From: Paraspadella gotoi
Lineage: Eukaryota; Animalia; Chaetognatha
Length of the DNA: 64,000 bases
Direction of reading: 5' to 3'
Assembly: GCA_051294375.1 (NCBI GenBank)
Contig: CM119263.1
Location: 23,586,762 to 23,650,761, forward strand
The notes beneath the pieces are model-generated. The model was given only the letters and a program-made list of their open reading frames with translations, searched no databases and had not been told where the DNA came from. A program made the position numbers and the translations under genes. Shown here piece by piece: positions 26,830-38,693 of the stretch; positions within the stretch are counted from its first letter, which is position 1, and each line of letters starts with the position of its first letter.

Positions 26830-29800
26830 GGAAAAGTGGAGAAAGAGGGGGAAGAGAAAGAAAGATAGAGAGAGAGAGAGAAGAGGAGAGAGAGAGAAAG
26901 AGAGGAGAGAGAGAGAGAGAGAGAGAGAGAAGAGAAGAAGAGAGGAGAGAGATAGAGAGAGAGGAAGAGAGAGATTTTTTTCTTTCCTTCAGTGAGAAGA
27001 AGAGAAAGGAAACCGGGCGGATAGACAGTAAAGGATGAAAAACGGAATATAAGGAGAAAAAGGAAAAGAGAGGAGAAATGAGAGAGAGAGAGAGAGAGAT
27101 AATGTGGAAAGGAGAGGCGAAGGAAACTACGCGGAGGAATAAAAAGGAAAATCATACAGTGGACCAATTTATTCACGATGGCCAGCGGCGCAGGTAATGG
27201 CAGAGGCGGCGTCGGCGACTGCAGCGCGGCGCCGCCGCCCCCGATCGATATGATGTGAAACTCCGGGCTCCCGACGAAAATGGGGAAAAGGGGAACGAAA
27301 GGGGGAGGGGGAGTGGGGTTGGGGGAGTTGGGGGGGATGAGGACAAGGACAATCGAACGCTCTCCACAGTGAATTCGGCATCGCTCTTCGGGAATCGTTC
27401 ACACAGTGAGCGAACGATGCACACGCGAATCACTAAAACTCCTGCCCAGCAGAGTCCTTTTTTACAGATTTACTTGGCTAATTTTCTTTTTTTAAACGAT
27501 TCCTAAATCGGCGTAAAACTTGAAATGAAATCATTTTCGATATTGATGGTTTACATTTAAATCAACGAATTAAATATCAATGTTATGTCAACTTTGTTGT
27601 CTATTTATACGTATATATAATCTGCGCTGTATTTTCAGTCAGCTCAGATTCAAAATTTAGGATCTTAATGTGTTTTTTTTTTTTCAAAACCAAAACGAAA
27701 GCACTACAGTAGTATACAATTACAGAATGATTTATTAATTTTCATTTAGAGTCAGTAGTGATTTAGTGAACCCTCCACCGATATTGAAACCCGAACACTT
27801 GATAGGCTCGTCGACTGGTTGCGAACGAATCGAAATTTCTTTCCTTCGGAACATCCGCTGAACTATCCGGGCCAATCCTTCGATATCATTTCGGAGATCA
27901 TGCTTGGATATACTAATTGGCGCCCGAGTCGCGGAGGCGGAGGAACGAGGGAAAGTGGGAGGAGGAAAAGGAGCGGAGAAGGATGGGGAGGGAAGAGGAC
28001 GATGATTAAAGAGAGAGAGAGGAGAGGAGAGAGAAGAGAGGAGAGGAGAAGATGAGAGAGAGCGGAGAGAGAGAGCAGAGTAGGGGAAGATTGGAGGCCC
28101 AAAAGAAAAACTGGTGGAAACGGAAAGAGAAATGAAAAAAAAAACTACTTGAGAAGGAGAATTCGTAGAAAAAATCGTAGGGTAGCCGATAAAGACGGAC
28201 CGCGGGAACTGGAGCGAATCCGAAAAATGGAGTGAAGGGGAGCGGAAGAGGAGCAGACGGACGGTTCGACGGGATAGATGAATTTTCGATGGATTTCTTC
28301 GCTCGGACCCTCGCGATCGAGGACGCGACGATCGAAAACCGAGGACGACGACGACGAACGACAGGGAACTTTGAGAGTAAAGGGAACATTCGTCCTACTC
28401 ATCAAGCTTTAACGATGTTCGACACTCGAGAACCGCGGAGGACGAAACTCCTGGACTCCCCACTCTTTTTTTGGAGGGGAAGATGGGGCAGGGGGTGTTT
28501 CAAGTTTTGAGAAATTTAAAAAAAAATTGACTTCTCTCCTTTGATTTATGGAACAATATCCTTGATTGTTTTCATAATGATTAATTGTATTTTCCAATTT
28601 ACGAATGGGCACAAATTGACTCTTCATTATTATTGAAGAAGGCCTGTCTCATTTGAATCCCTCTTCCCGACAATGCCCCCACAGCTCAGCAGCACTAATT
28701 GCAACCACTACCATTCGCGCCATCGCAGAATCGCTGTTCTCTCCTTGTTTGTGGTCTCCGGTTCAGACCTGCTGGCCCCATAAAGGCCGGTTAATGGTGC
28801 GCCCATAATTTTCTTCCCGCCGGTTCAGGTTCGGATCCAGGCCGAACGTGACATGGTCGATGCTCGAGAAAAAAAATTCGGCTCGAGGCAACTTTTTTTT
28901 TTCTCTGCTCGAAAAAGCGTTTTTTTCTCACCTCTCATGGAACAACTGTTCAATACGCGAAAAATTACAATTGTACTGTGTTTTATAATTTCATAAGTTT
29001 AACAGTTATTGATAAATATTTAAATATATGCGTCTTATTTATTCTTTTATTTTCATTTTTTCTCAACCTTAAACACAAACCGCTTTAAATATAGTTCGCT
29101 TACTTTGTTTTTTTCCCCTATGATTAGCCGTCGCAGAGATCCGTCACTTTTTAAAAATCATTTCCTTTTCCTTCTTAATCCATCTATTTTTTTCAATCTT
29201 TCTCACACATTCATTTTTAATATTTTCTGATACCCATAATATTTTTTTCCTAATTCCTCTTTCCTTTCCACCGAAATCCTTTTCTACCTCCGCAAATTTT
29301 TTATATACTCCCCCTTTATCCGGTCACTCTTCCCTTTCAATGGTCCTCAACCCTAATGATGTGAAAAACTTGAAGAAATTCGAAGGCGTTCGGTAGGTTA
29401 TTATCCTTCTTTCTCTGGCTCTTTTTTTTTTTCAGGGGAGGGGAGAGTAAGTTGAAAATGATTCGAAGATTCCATGATGTACTATTGTTGCCTATTGTGA
29501 AGATATTGTTCTGTTATAAGTTTTTTAGCCTTGGACTATGTTGGAATTAAGAAGAAGTCTTGTATAATCATCACGCGGTTCTTTCTGACATAAAGACAAA
29601 AGCTGACTGAGATATGTGAAAACCGTTGGGAAAACAAACAGAGAAAATAAAAGAGAGAAAAAATTGAACGCGAACGATTTACCGATTCGATCCTGACTTT
29701 TTTTTTTCCGACAGTCACCTTCCCCCTAACGTCGCCGCGACGCCGCGACGCGTCGCTACAATAATTTCGGGGGAAAGTTTTTAGCCGGCGGAACAAAAGG

Positions 29801-31575
29801 TCCAGGCGCGAATTCCAATCGTTGGGAAAAAAAATAACCTGAATACAATAATAGTGAATAAAAATAAGTGAAATAGAAAGAAAACGGAATGGGAAAGAGA
29901 GCGCATAAAAAAAAGGAGAAGGAAACGATCAGTGTCTCTACTCTCTCTCTCATCCTCTCTCTCTCTTCTCTCTTCTGTCTCTCTCCTTCTCTCCTCTCAT
30001 CTTTGCTTCCGTCAGTCTCTTCGTCTCTCTCTCTCTCTCGTCTTCGTCTTGTCGTCTGAAACTTTAATGACTCATATGGAAATTCGAAAGTCCGTCAAAG
30101 GTCACCAAAAGCTAAAAGCGGAAACCATCATACCAGCGGCGCCGCCCGACAGTGCGTCGCGCGCCTGCGTGGCGCGTCGGTGGGCGGCTCTAGGCGGCGG
30201 CGTCAGTCGCGTCGAAATCGTTCGACGACGATCAAGCGACGCGGGAATCGAGTTAAGGGAATTACGACCCCTCAGAATTTTCTTCGTCAGCGTCGTAACG
30301 ACTCCACTCCACCTAATTAAACAATCACCATTAAGGCGCCGGTAGCGCGTTGCAGGCCGGCGACGACCGCGATTCCCCTCGCCGGAGCGCCCGTTCCGGG
30401 TCGAACCGACGCTCCGTCCCCGCGGCTCCGCCCTCCGAATAGCAAGGACGAAAAAAAAAGGTCTCCGTCATCTATCATCTTCCCTCCGTCTCTGTCTCTG
30501 TCCTCCGTTTTCTCTCTGTCTTTCGTCGGCTTTTTTTTTCACTGGAATCGAGGTTTCTCGACCTTTTCGCGACGGACGAGCGATTTCTGGGAAAGAAACA
30601 AATGTTTAGTTTTCAGACAACATTATATACAATGTTGTTAGTAAAAAAACGAAATTCTTTTTTTCATCTTTTTTCTCCAACGCGTGACTTAGTGACGAAA
30701 AATGTACAAATGATGTAACATATTATTAAAAACAATTACCACTTCCATTATTTCTTTAATCTAACAATTATTGATCAAATTTCTCCTTGTTGCTCGTGAT
30801 TCAGTGCCGTCGTATAAACCGCTAGTTGACTAACCACATAACAGAGTGTCACTTCGTAATTCAACTATGTTCATTGTTCACACTAAACTGCCAAACCCCA
30901 ATTCGCTACCTCTCAATACCTCTTGCTTTTAGAACGTTCCCTTTCTCCTCTCAAACAATCCGCCCTTCCCCATCCCCGTAGCCCCTCATTTCGTATATCA
31001 TGGCGATGCTCTACTTGATACGGCCGAACATGACGACGGGAGACCCTCACTCTTTGGATATCAATATCGGATGAAGGGAGAGCGTTAATGACGTCGAGGT
31101 GGCGGAGGTGGGAGGGTGGGGAGTGACAGAAAGGGTTGAGGGTTGAAGTCATATGTCATGATTCGTTTGAAGCGAAGACGTGTGAAAGCTAATGAAAGAT
31201 TGAAAAGGGAAAATAACTTAAAGGGAGGCGTGAAGAAAGGAAGGTAATCAAATAGATTTTCGAAACTAAAACGATCTTTGCTCCTCTCTCCTCTCTCTCT
31301 CTCCTCTCTCTCTCTCTCCCTCGTACCTCTCTCTCTCTTCTCTACCTCTCTCTTCTCTCTCTCTCTCCTCGAAGAAATTCGGCCGGTTTTCGAAGAGATT
31401 ATATTCTCCAAAAATGTCGGCCGGATCGCTTTCGGGCTGAGATCTCTTCGAACGAAGTCGGATTCCTTTGAACTCAAGCGCTGACTAAGGATCAAGGAGA
31501 TAAAAAATAAACATAGAGGATAAAAAATAAAATATAGCGAGGAATCGTTGTTTAGATGGCAAAGATCGAACTGTT
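18570..31575 (-). repeat. ~13-kb inverted duplicate of ~4382-17171
   Basis: 18570-~19240 appears to be the exact reverse complement of ~16500-17171 (identical ORF translations 16749..17213 vs 18397..18993 and 16947..17156 vs 18586..18795). Beyond that it is an indel-rich reverse complement down to AACAGTTCG at 4382. It also spans the N gaps of the forward copy. Confidence 0.93.
20861..25525 (+). pseudogene. Full-length frameshifted inverted copy of the tail-anchored protein gene; probably an uncorrected long-read duplicate
   Basis: Reverse complement of 10496-14964 (ATGCAAAACG at 20861; CACTTTTTGCTGTGA ending 25525). Introns are retained, and scattered 1-nt indels are as dense in exons as in introns. 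Confidence 0.85.
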
Positions 31576-32753
31576 ATCTCGCTCGCCGTGATTTTTCAGA
31601 ATTTGATCAAATGCAATTTTATTGAAATAATCGCAATTGCCAATTAATATGCTTTTAAATGTTTCACCCGGCTCAGTACTATTAAGGGAGAGACAATTTA
31701 GGGCCTAAGTATTCCAATTGTTAGAGCTAATTTTCTACTGTAGAACGTCGAAAACCGCAGCCCTCTACATTTCGGAAAGCGGAGTATAGAGGTTACCAAT
31801 GAATTTCTTTGAAAATTCCAGCGCCAAACGAATGACGAAGGACTTCATTTTTGGTCCAATACGCCTCACCTGATATATCTAATCGAGCGCATCCCTTTTT
31901 AAAATTCTTACATCTTCATGAAAAAATTACAAAAATTAAATGCCAAATCTTGGAAACGCAAAAAAACAATATTAAAAAAATTTTTTTTCGGAAAAAACGA
32001 TCGGCAGACCTGCCATCTCCTAAATTAATCGAATGAAACAAGTCGCGCTATTTTATCTTTCTTTATTCTTTTTTCTGAATTTTTTCACTTTCGCAAATTT
32101 ATTGAGTCAAAAACTTTTCACGTAAAACATTTTTTCCACTGCATTTGGAAAATTCTTATTTTTAATCAACTGCCTAGACAAAAAGAATAATAAAAGCGAT
32201 CGCGACGCACTGAGCAAGAAACAGCAAAGAAAAGGTGCGTAAAAAATCAATCGTACCGTTAATCCTACTTTCTCGTTCAAAAAGTTTTAGATTTTGAAAA
32301 AAAAAAAAAGAATTGGCGAAAGCGTTGGAGAATAATAACAAAAACGTCAATGAGGAAAAGTGAATCAACCCAACACAGTCAAGGTAGATAACAAACAAAC
32401 ATAATAAATAAACAAGTAAAAAAGCCTTTTAATTAATCAACGAAACCCCCTGCTATGACTGATCTCTTGAGACTGGCTGGAATGTCAGGATCGGATGACA
32501 AAACATGACGATGACGGAACAAATGCGACGATGAGAGCGACGACCAACGATGACGCAATAAAGCGAACGATTGAAGCAGCAAAAGAGACGATATTGTGTG
32601 TCTGCTTAAGTCCGCTGCTTCAGAGCGCAGCAAGAGGGCTTCCATGAAAAAGATGTCAAAAAACATAACAGATAGGCATCAATGAATTTAAATCGCTTTA
32701 GCGATTTACTTTACGCTGAATTTTGTCTTTTTTTTTTCTGTCATATTTTTTCC

Positions 32754-33892
32754 GGGTGGTGGTTAATTTTAATAACGAGGGGGATGAGGAATGGCGTCTA
32801 TTTGATAAGTTGCTCTTTTGGAAATGGAGAGGAAAACTATAACTTTATACAATAAAGTCCTTAAGTTCATTAAATTTAAAGTGAACAATTTTCTTTATAA
32901 ACAATAACTGGAAAAATGATTTAAGTTCATCTTTTTTTTTTTTGATTACTCGGGTTAAGAATTTCATTAATTCCAAACCTGGACCGAAATAAATGTCACC
33001 GACGACGCGTTACAAGCCTTGTTATGATTCTCCTCCGCTAGATGGACCCATTGCTCATTCGGTCCCCGTTTTCCTTCTCTCCTTCTCCCTCTTCTTCTCT
33101 CATTCCCTCTCCATATTCCCCGTCCATCCATCCCTACGAGGGTTTTTTTCGCCCATGCATATTTATGTAAGATAATGAGTTCTCGCGCGTTTAGCGCCAT
33201 CTTCGCTTTTTCGTCGGCAGTGTTGCGGTGTTGCGGCGGTGGCGGCGGCAGCGACGGCGGCGGCGGCGGCGGAGACCCGGCTGCCACCGATAGGCTTCTT
33301 ATCAAAAGCAATTTTCGAATTTTTGGCGGCAAATGTTTGATAAGTCATAATGCGCGCCGGTTCTTTCTCGCCCGGCGCGTCGGCGCTACTCGTCGCCGCG
33401 TTTGACGCTGCTCTTCGTCGCGGCGCTCAGCTGCGTTTTCCACTTTTACTCGGCTTGATTCGTTAAACTCACCCTGACGTCCTCAGCCCCTTACCTCGTC
33501 CCCACCCTAACTAGCATTTTTTTCCCCCCTTAAATTTATTTTCCGGGTTTTTATATGCGTTATCGTCGTCTTCTTCGTCGTCGTCTCAGCCGTTGTCGTC
33601 GTCTTCGTCGTCACCTAAAACATAAGTGCAACTCCTCTTCTTGCAACTCGTCCGCCAGCCATTTCACTTACCATTTCACTTACCATCGCCCTTGGCACCT
33701 GTACCTCCATCTGCGTTGATTCTGCTATCGTCCTATCTCCAACCTCACACAGACGCACCCCCTCCCACTCCATCAACCATACCCAAATTACCCAATACCC
33801 ATCCCCTCAGACCTAGCCTCTCCTTCACTCCCCCCTCATCCCCCCAGTCCCTCGCCCCCGAATAAAAAAACAAATCTCTCTCTTCTGATCTT
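32754..33892 (+). repeat. Direct duplicate of 17172-18319
   Basis: Both copies start GGGTGGTGGTTAATTT and end CCCCCGAATAAAAAAACAAATCTCTCTCTTCTGATCTT immediately before an N run; there are indel differences internally. Confidence 0.92.
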
Positions 33893-34859
33893 NNNNNNNN
33901 NNNNNNNNNNNNNNNNNNNNNNNNNNNNNNNNNNNNNNNNNNNNNNNNNNNNNNNNNNNNNNNNNNNNNNNNNNNNNNNNNNNNNNNNNNNNNNNNNNNN
34001 NNNNNNNNNNNNNNNNNNNNNNNNNNNNNNNNNNNNNNNNNNNNNNNNNNNNNNNNNNNNNNNNNNNNNNNNNNNNNNNNNNNNNNNNNNNNNNNNNNNN
34101 NNNNTTCTTTTTTTTTCCCCCTTTTTCTTTTTATGTTCTCCCCGATTCGATCGGATCCTTAATCTCTTTTATGCTCGGATTTTTTCTTACTGCCTTTTTT
34201 TATTACTTATTTAACTACATTTCGATAAATATCAACGATATTTTTTTCTCTCAATCCATCCCAGTAGGTTTGTATAAATAGGTATTCATTAATAACTCCA
34301 CTTTTCATTTGAATATATATATTTATCTGCTCGAATTGACCTTTGCCGAAATAATATCAACAAAAATCTCAATATTTTTTTGATCTCTGCAATAGTTTTT
34401 TATTTCCACTCTTTTCTCTCTCTCCCTCTCTTTCTCTCTCTATTTCTCTATTTCTCTCTCTCTTACTGTCTTTGTCTCGTTTCTATTTATTTCTTACGAA
34501 TTGTCATCATGCTAGATATGAGATGACAAAAATCGAATCAAATTTTATCATTTAGGACTAGATTAAATAATACTTCTTTTTTCTTCTCTCAGGAGAAGAT
34601 AAGAAGCGCGCGGCGATAGACGACTCATTATGTAGCTGATAATATTACAGACTGATTAATGTCAAGTTAATTAAATTAATTAACCAAAATGGTTTTAGAA
34701 TCGGCTACGAGATAAAACCGAGATCGCCGACCCTCAATCAAGTATAATTAATAAGGGATAAACTTGTATAACGAGCAATCAAACAAAAAAATTTATAAAT
34801 AATAAAATTATCAAAATCTTATCCTTTTTCGTTCCCCGGGCGGAGGCTTATACGTTCTT

Positions 34860-35330
34860 TATACCTGGATGAGCCGGTCCGATACGGTATGAGTACGTTT
34901 CCAAGAGTTATACCAATCGCGTTCAGAAAGACGAACGGCGTGAGAGTAGGACACGTAAATGACTATTCCGCCGCTGCGGATTCTTGTTTATGCGAAACGC
35001 GGGCTGAGGAGAGACTGGTTGTTGAGCGACGTGATAACTTGGTTGATTCGAGTTGGCACGCGGGACCAGGCTGTTAAGTGTTTTCTACCGTCGATTCAGT
35101 GCCCAAACCGTGGTTAGGAGTGCAGGTTAGATATGTGGCTGAGCAGCGAGACCGATGACTGACGATAATGGCGTCGAAGTTTCTCCGGCGCTGTTGCTTC
35201 CGCCTTCTCGTCGACGATTCCCACATCAGGCGAGCCCTCTCTCGCAGAACGAGAGTCATCTTCATTTCCTCAGAGGAGAGTTTGGGTCTCTGGTAGCTTA
35301 TGAAGACTCGCGTGAGCTCTATTGAAGTTA
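34860..35330 (+). CDS. Candidate LamG/TSPN-like exon, frameshifted, possibly the N-terminal part of the usherin-like gene
   Basis: Coding-like composition between AT-rich flanks. It reads RDNLVDSSWH..LSV (like the LamG/TSPN nl.Dg.WH...lsv motif) and later NGVEV..LRGEFGSLVAY. Needs frameshift correction. Confidence 0.3.
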
Positions 35331-35401
35331 GACTGGATTATGTCGTGCTCGCGTTAGAAGTTTCTAGATCTTACATCATTATATTGTCCGTATCTATACA
35401 G

Positions 35402-36200
35402 GCTCTGGCTTTTTTCCTTCGCCATTAATGTCGGACCATTTCTCTGCGCGGAGCGGCAGACCCGATACGGCACATTAATATCTGTAATCCAACTGTCTTC
35501 TAATTAAGTTTAACCTCTAATCCTTGTTTAATGTTAACGTGTGATACACTTGCATCTACTGCTATTAATTCCTCTAACCCACATCCTTTGGCCGAGGACC
35601 TGACCGCGAGCTCGAGCACTCAGGCATTCGGGAGGGTGACTAGAAAATAATAAGAGATTGGCAATCTGTTTTAGAGTTAAGTTTGATGTTATTTCAATTT
35701 AATATCCTGTTTTAAATTTAAGCTGTTTCGCAGATTACATCTAATGTCCCCTTTTTCCGGAACTTCTCAAGGTCAAGGACGCACGATGAAATTGAATTGG
35801 ATCGTCTGGTTTTTAATTTAATTTTTAAATTAATTATTAATCATGTTTAAATTAATTATTTCGATTACATCCTAATTTCCCCTCCTTTGGTCGACTTCAT
35901 CAGGGATTCGACGGGGAGAATGATAGAGAGAGAGAGTATCGAGGAGTATAAAGATATTAAAGGATGAAATAGGTTAAGTGATTAGAAATGATGTTTAATG
36001 TGAGATTATGAGACGAGGAGAGATGTAAATCACCTCCTTTTGGCACTATCGGAAGCGGCCGCTCATACATGTTTGACCTTCTGTATCTGAACGGTAATTA
36101 TGTGCCCGGTGTTGTTTAGTCTTTGATTCCTCAAGTTCCGGGCTCACTACCATTGTTTTTCTGACTTTCTCGTATAGATTTGATAGGAAATATTCTAGTC
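35402..36200 (+). CDS. Laminin N-terminal (LN) domain exon fragments of the usherin-like gene, frameshifted
   Basis: After the tacAG acceptor: GFFPSP/INVGPF (~35407-35442; cf. usherin GLFPRLENVGAF and laminin-alpha GLFPAILNLA as recalled). Then CIYC/NSSNPHPLAEDLT (~35550-35605; cf. netrin/laminin C..CN.S.P..HP..LT). Then YMFDLLYLNGNYVPG (~36066-36110; cf. usherin VTFSILTPGPNYRPG). The motifs are in the expected order. Confidence 0.45.
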
Positions 36201-36924
36201 ATTATACATTGTTACTATAATGTCAAATATGAGAGTATTCAAATTCAGAATTATTATTAGTTGACTCTGTCTAATTGGAGAATGGTGGTACCAATTTAGC
36301 CATCCTGTCTTTAAAATTAATCTTTCTCTCACATTACCACGGAAGTCTCCCATTCTCCTCTCGTGCTCATCACTTGACTAATCGCGTTATTAGCCAAAGT
36401 GTATCCGAGTAACGTACAAATAATCACTTCCTTCTCTGACATCATATTATTAATTATCAACGTTTATTGCATGTTAGCTCTTTCTCTATTTCACCAAACT
36501 CCGGCGCACTCATGGCTTCTTTCCAGTTATATATCCTGCCTAGCGGAGGGAACGAAGATACGAAGAGAGAGAAAGAGAAATTGAATTCGATGACCGACCG
36601 CAGAGAGAGAGAGAGAAAGAATGAGAAAGATGTTAGGAAGAGGATAGAGAGCAGAGATGAAATTTCAAGAGAAAGATGCGGATTTTCATTAGCGTGACGT
36701 AGTTTTATATAATAGACATTGCATTAATAAAAAATAACCTATACGATGCAAACTATGGATAATTATGAATTTTAAATAAATAAGTCAAAAATATCATCAA
36801 TCTAATTAATCATTCCAAAATCAATTATTGGGAAATTTCAAGAAAAGAAAAAAATCCTCCTAAATATTAAATTATCGATCCGATTAATCAAATCCATGAA
36901 TCCAATCAATCATAATTTTGAACA

Positions 36925-37144
36925 TGTCGGAGGTCTAACCCGACGGTTCGAACACTTGCGCCTCGACCGCGGTATAGTAGATACGTCGGATTGCAATCCT
37001 TCACCCGCTTCTGCACCTGGGCAAGGGATGTAGTACGAAGGTCGGACAGGTGTCGGGGACTTATGCTAAAAGAAAGGACTTCTTCCAAGTTGGACGGGTT
37101 CTGCGTTCCTGTCAATGTGACCCGTTTAACTCCAACGATTGTCG
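36925..37144 (+). CDS. USH2A: Laminin-type EGF (LE) exon of usherin-like gene, frameshifted
   Basis: Reads NPDGSNTC..DCNP/FTRFCT..KDFFQ/LDGFCVP/CQCDPFNSNDCR, followed by a GTGAG donor at 37145. The acceptor position is approximate. Confidence 0.6.
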
Positions 37145-37443
37145 GTGAGGAAAGAGAGATGAACGAACAGTGAGAGATTTTGAATTGAAATTATGAGTAG
37201 ATCTTTGTATTTTGTTACAAGTTCGAAGATGATTTCTTTAAACCAATTTTGAAAGAAAGAAAGACAAGAAGAAAAAAAGAAAGAAAGAAAGAGAAAGAAA
37301 GAAAAGAATAATATGAAAAGAAAGAAAGAAAGATAGTGTGAGAGAGGGAGTGAGTGCAGTAATAAATTAGAAAAGAAGAAAGAAAGACCGATAGAAACAA
37401 TATCAGAAGAAAAAAACCAAAAAATACGAAACCTTCCTACCAG

Positions 37444-37862
37444 AAATCCTGCGACCCGAACGCCGATGGCAGTGCCGACTGCAGGAAGGCGTAGACCGAA
37501 AGGTCGTCAATGCAACCGTTGTCCCGCAGGAAAAATTCGACTTCAAGCTGGCCGGCATCATGCGAACTGCGCCTGCGACGGTAAAAGGAACCAAGCCGGA
37601 ACAGTGTTGCGAACGAACTGGTCAGTGGCGAAGTGCAAGGAACGGCGTCCAAGGGAACTAAAGTGCAATCGTTGCAAGGACAATGCCTTCGGACTCGATC
37701 TGGGACACTCGCTGGGTGCCGTCCCTGCACTGCGATCCAAGGCGCACCGTCAAATCCGGCCTTTCCGCGGCCTTCGATCTCAGATGCGAACGAAGACGAA
37801 AGGGAGATTGCGAGTGTTCTGTCGAACCCGGATCGGCCAGAAAATGCGACGCTTGCAGTCAG
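37444..37862 (+). CDS. USH2A: Laminin-type EGF (LE) repeats exon of usherin-like gene, frameshifted
   Basis: ctaccAG acceptor and CAG|GTGAAT donor. Peptides across frames: KSCDPNADG, GRQCNRCPAGK, CACDGK/GTKP, KCNRCKDNAFGLDLGHSLG/CRPC, CDPR.TVKSG..DLRC, GDCEC/LSN/RIG/RKCDACSQG. The cysteine spacing is canonical for LE repeats. Confidence 0.8.
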
Positions 37863-38041
37863 GTGAATCAAAAGGATAATTTTTTTTTGTCGATGTTATT
37901 TCTTTTCGTTTCACATAAAACTATGGCTATATTTAATAAATAAATAGTAAATTATTGTGTTTATTGTGTTATTAGGTCTTATGAATACATTGCCATTATA
38001 ACAAGAATATTTTATACAAATACACTCAGCCTCATCCGCAG

Positions 38042-38540
38042 AGCTTCTTCGACTAACCTTCCTCCGGCTGCTACTCCTTGCGACTGTGATCCCAAAGGGT
38101 CTCTGGAGAGCAAAGTAGCAGACCCGTCGACGGGGAAGTAGCCAGTCAGAGGGGATCGGGGAGTTATTTTGCAACGCAGTGCGCGAGGAATATTTTGGAC
38201 TGGGAGAATCGAGTGGGAAATCCGCTTGTCGCGACTGCCTTGCAATGCAGCCGGGCGAAAGAATAACTTTTGTCACGCAGTCACTGGCTGTTTGCGAGTT
38301 AGCAAAGGACTCAGTGCGAGGGGAGAACAAATGCGATCTGGTGTAAACCGGGATCTTCGAACCTTCAGGCGGCCCAACCCGAAGCGGGCTGCAGGTCGAA
38401 ACCCTTGCGCAAGACAGCCACCGCCCGAACATCAGCCGCTGAGTCAAAACCGAGCTGGAGATCTTACTGGGCTTCCATCCAGCGATAAAGCGCCACGGAG
38501 AGATAAAAGAGTATCGGCTTCAGATCTTTAAAATCATAGT
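38042..38540 (+). CDS. USH2A: Last two LE repeats plus start of first FN3 domain of usherin-like gene, frameshifted
   Basis: ccgcAG acceptor. Peptides: CDCDPKGSLESK, EEYFGLGESSGKSACRDC, CNAAGRKNNFCHAVTG, KCDL/CKPGSSNLQAA..GCRSKP, QPPPEHQPLSQ/TELEI, HGEIKEYRL. An LE run passing directly into QPPP plus FN3 matches usherin (recalled human: TCHLVTGQC..KCDACVPSASHL..GCSKTPFQQPPP..AINLSW). The 3' end is approximate. Confidence 0.8.
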
Positions 38541-38647
38541 TACTGCGAATCGCCAAGTTCTGACACACCATCTTCACAGTGGGAGGAGCTCCTGGGCCCC
38601 CGTGTATAGAGTGACAACAGAACATTCCCTCCTCTCTCTCTCTCTTC

Positions 38648-38693
<46 letters not shown>

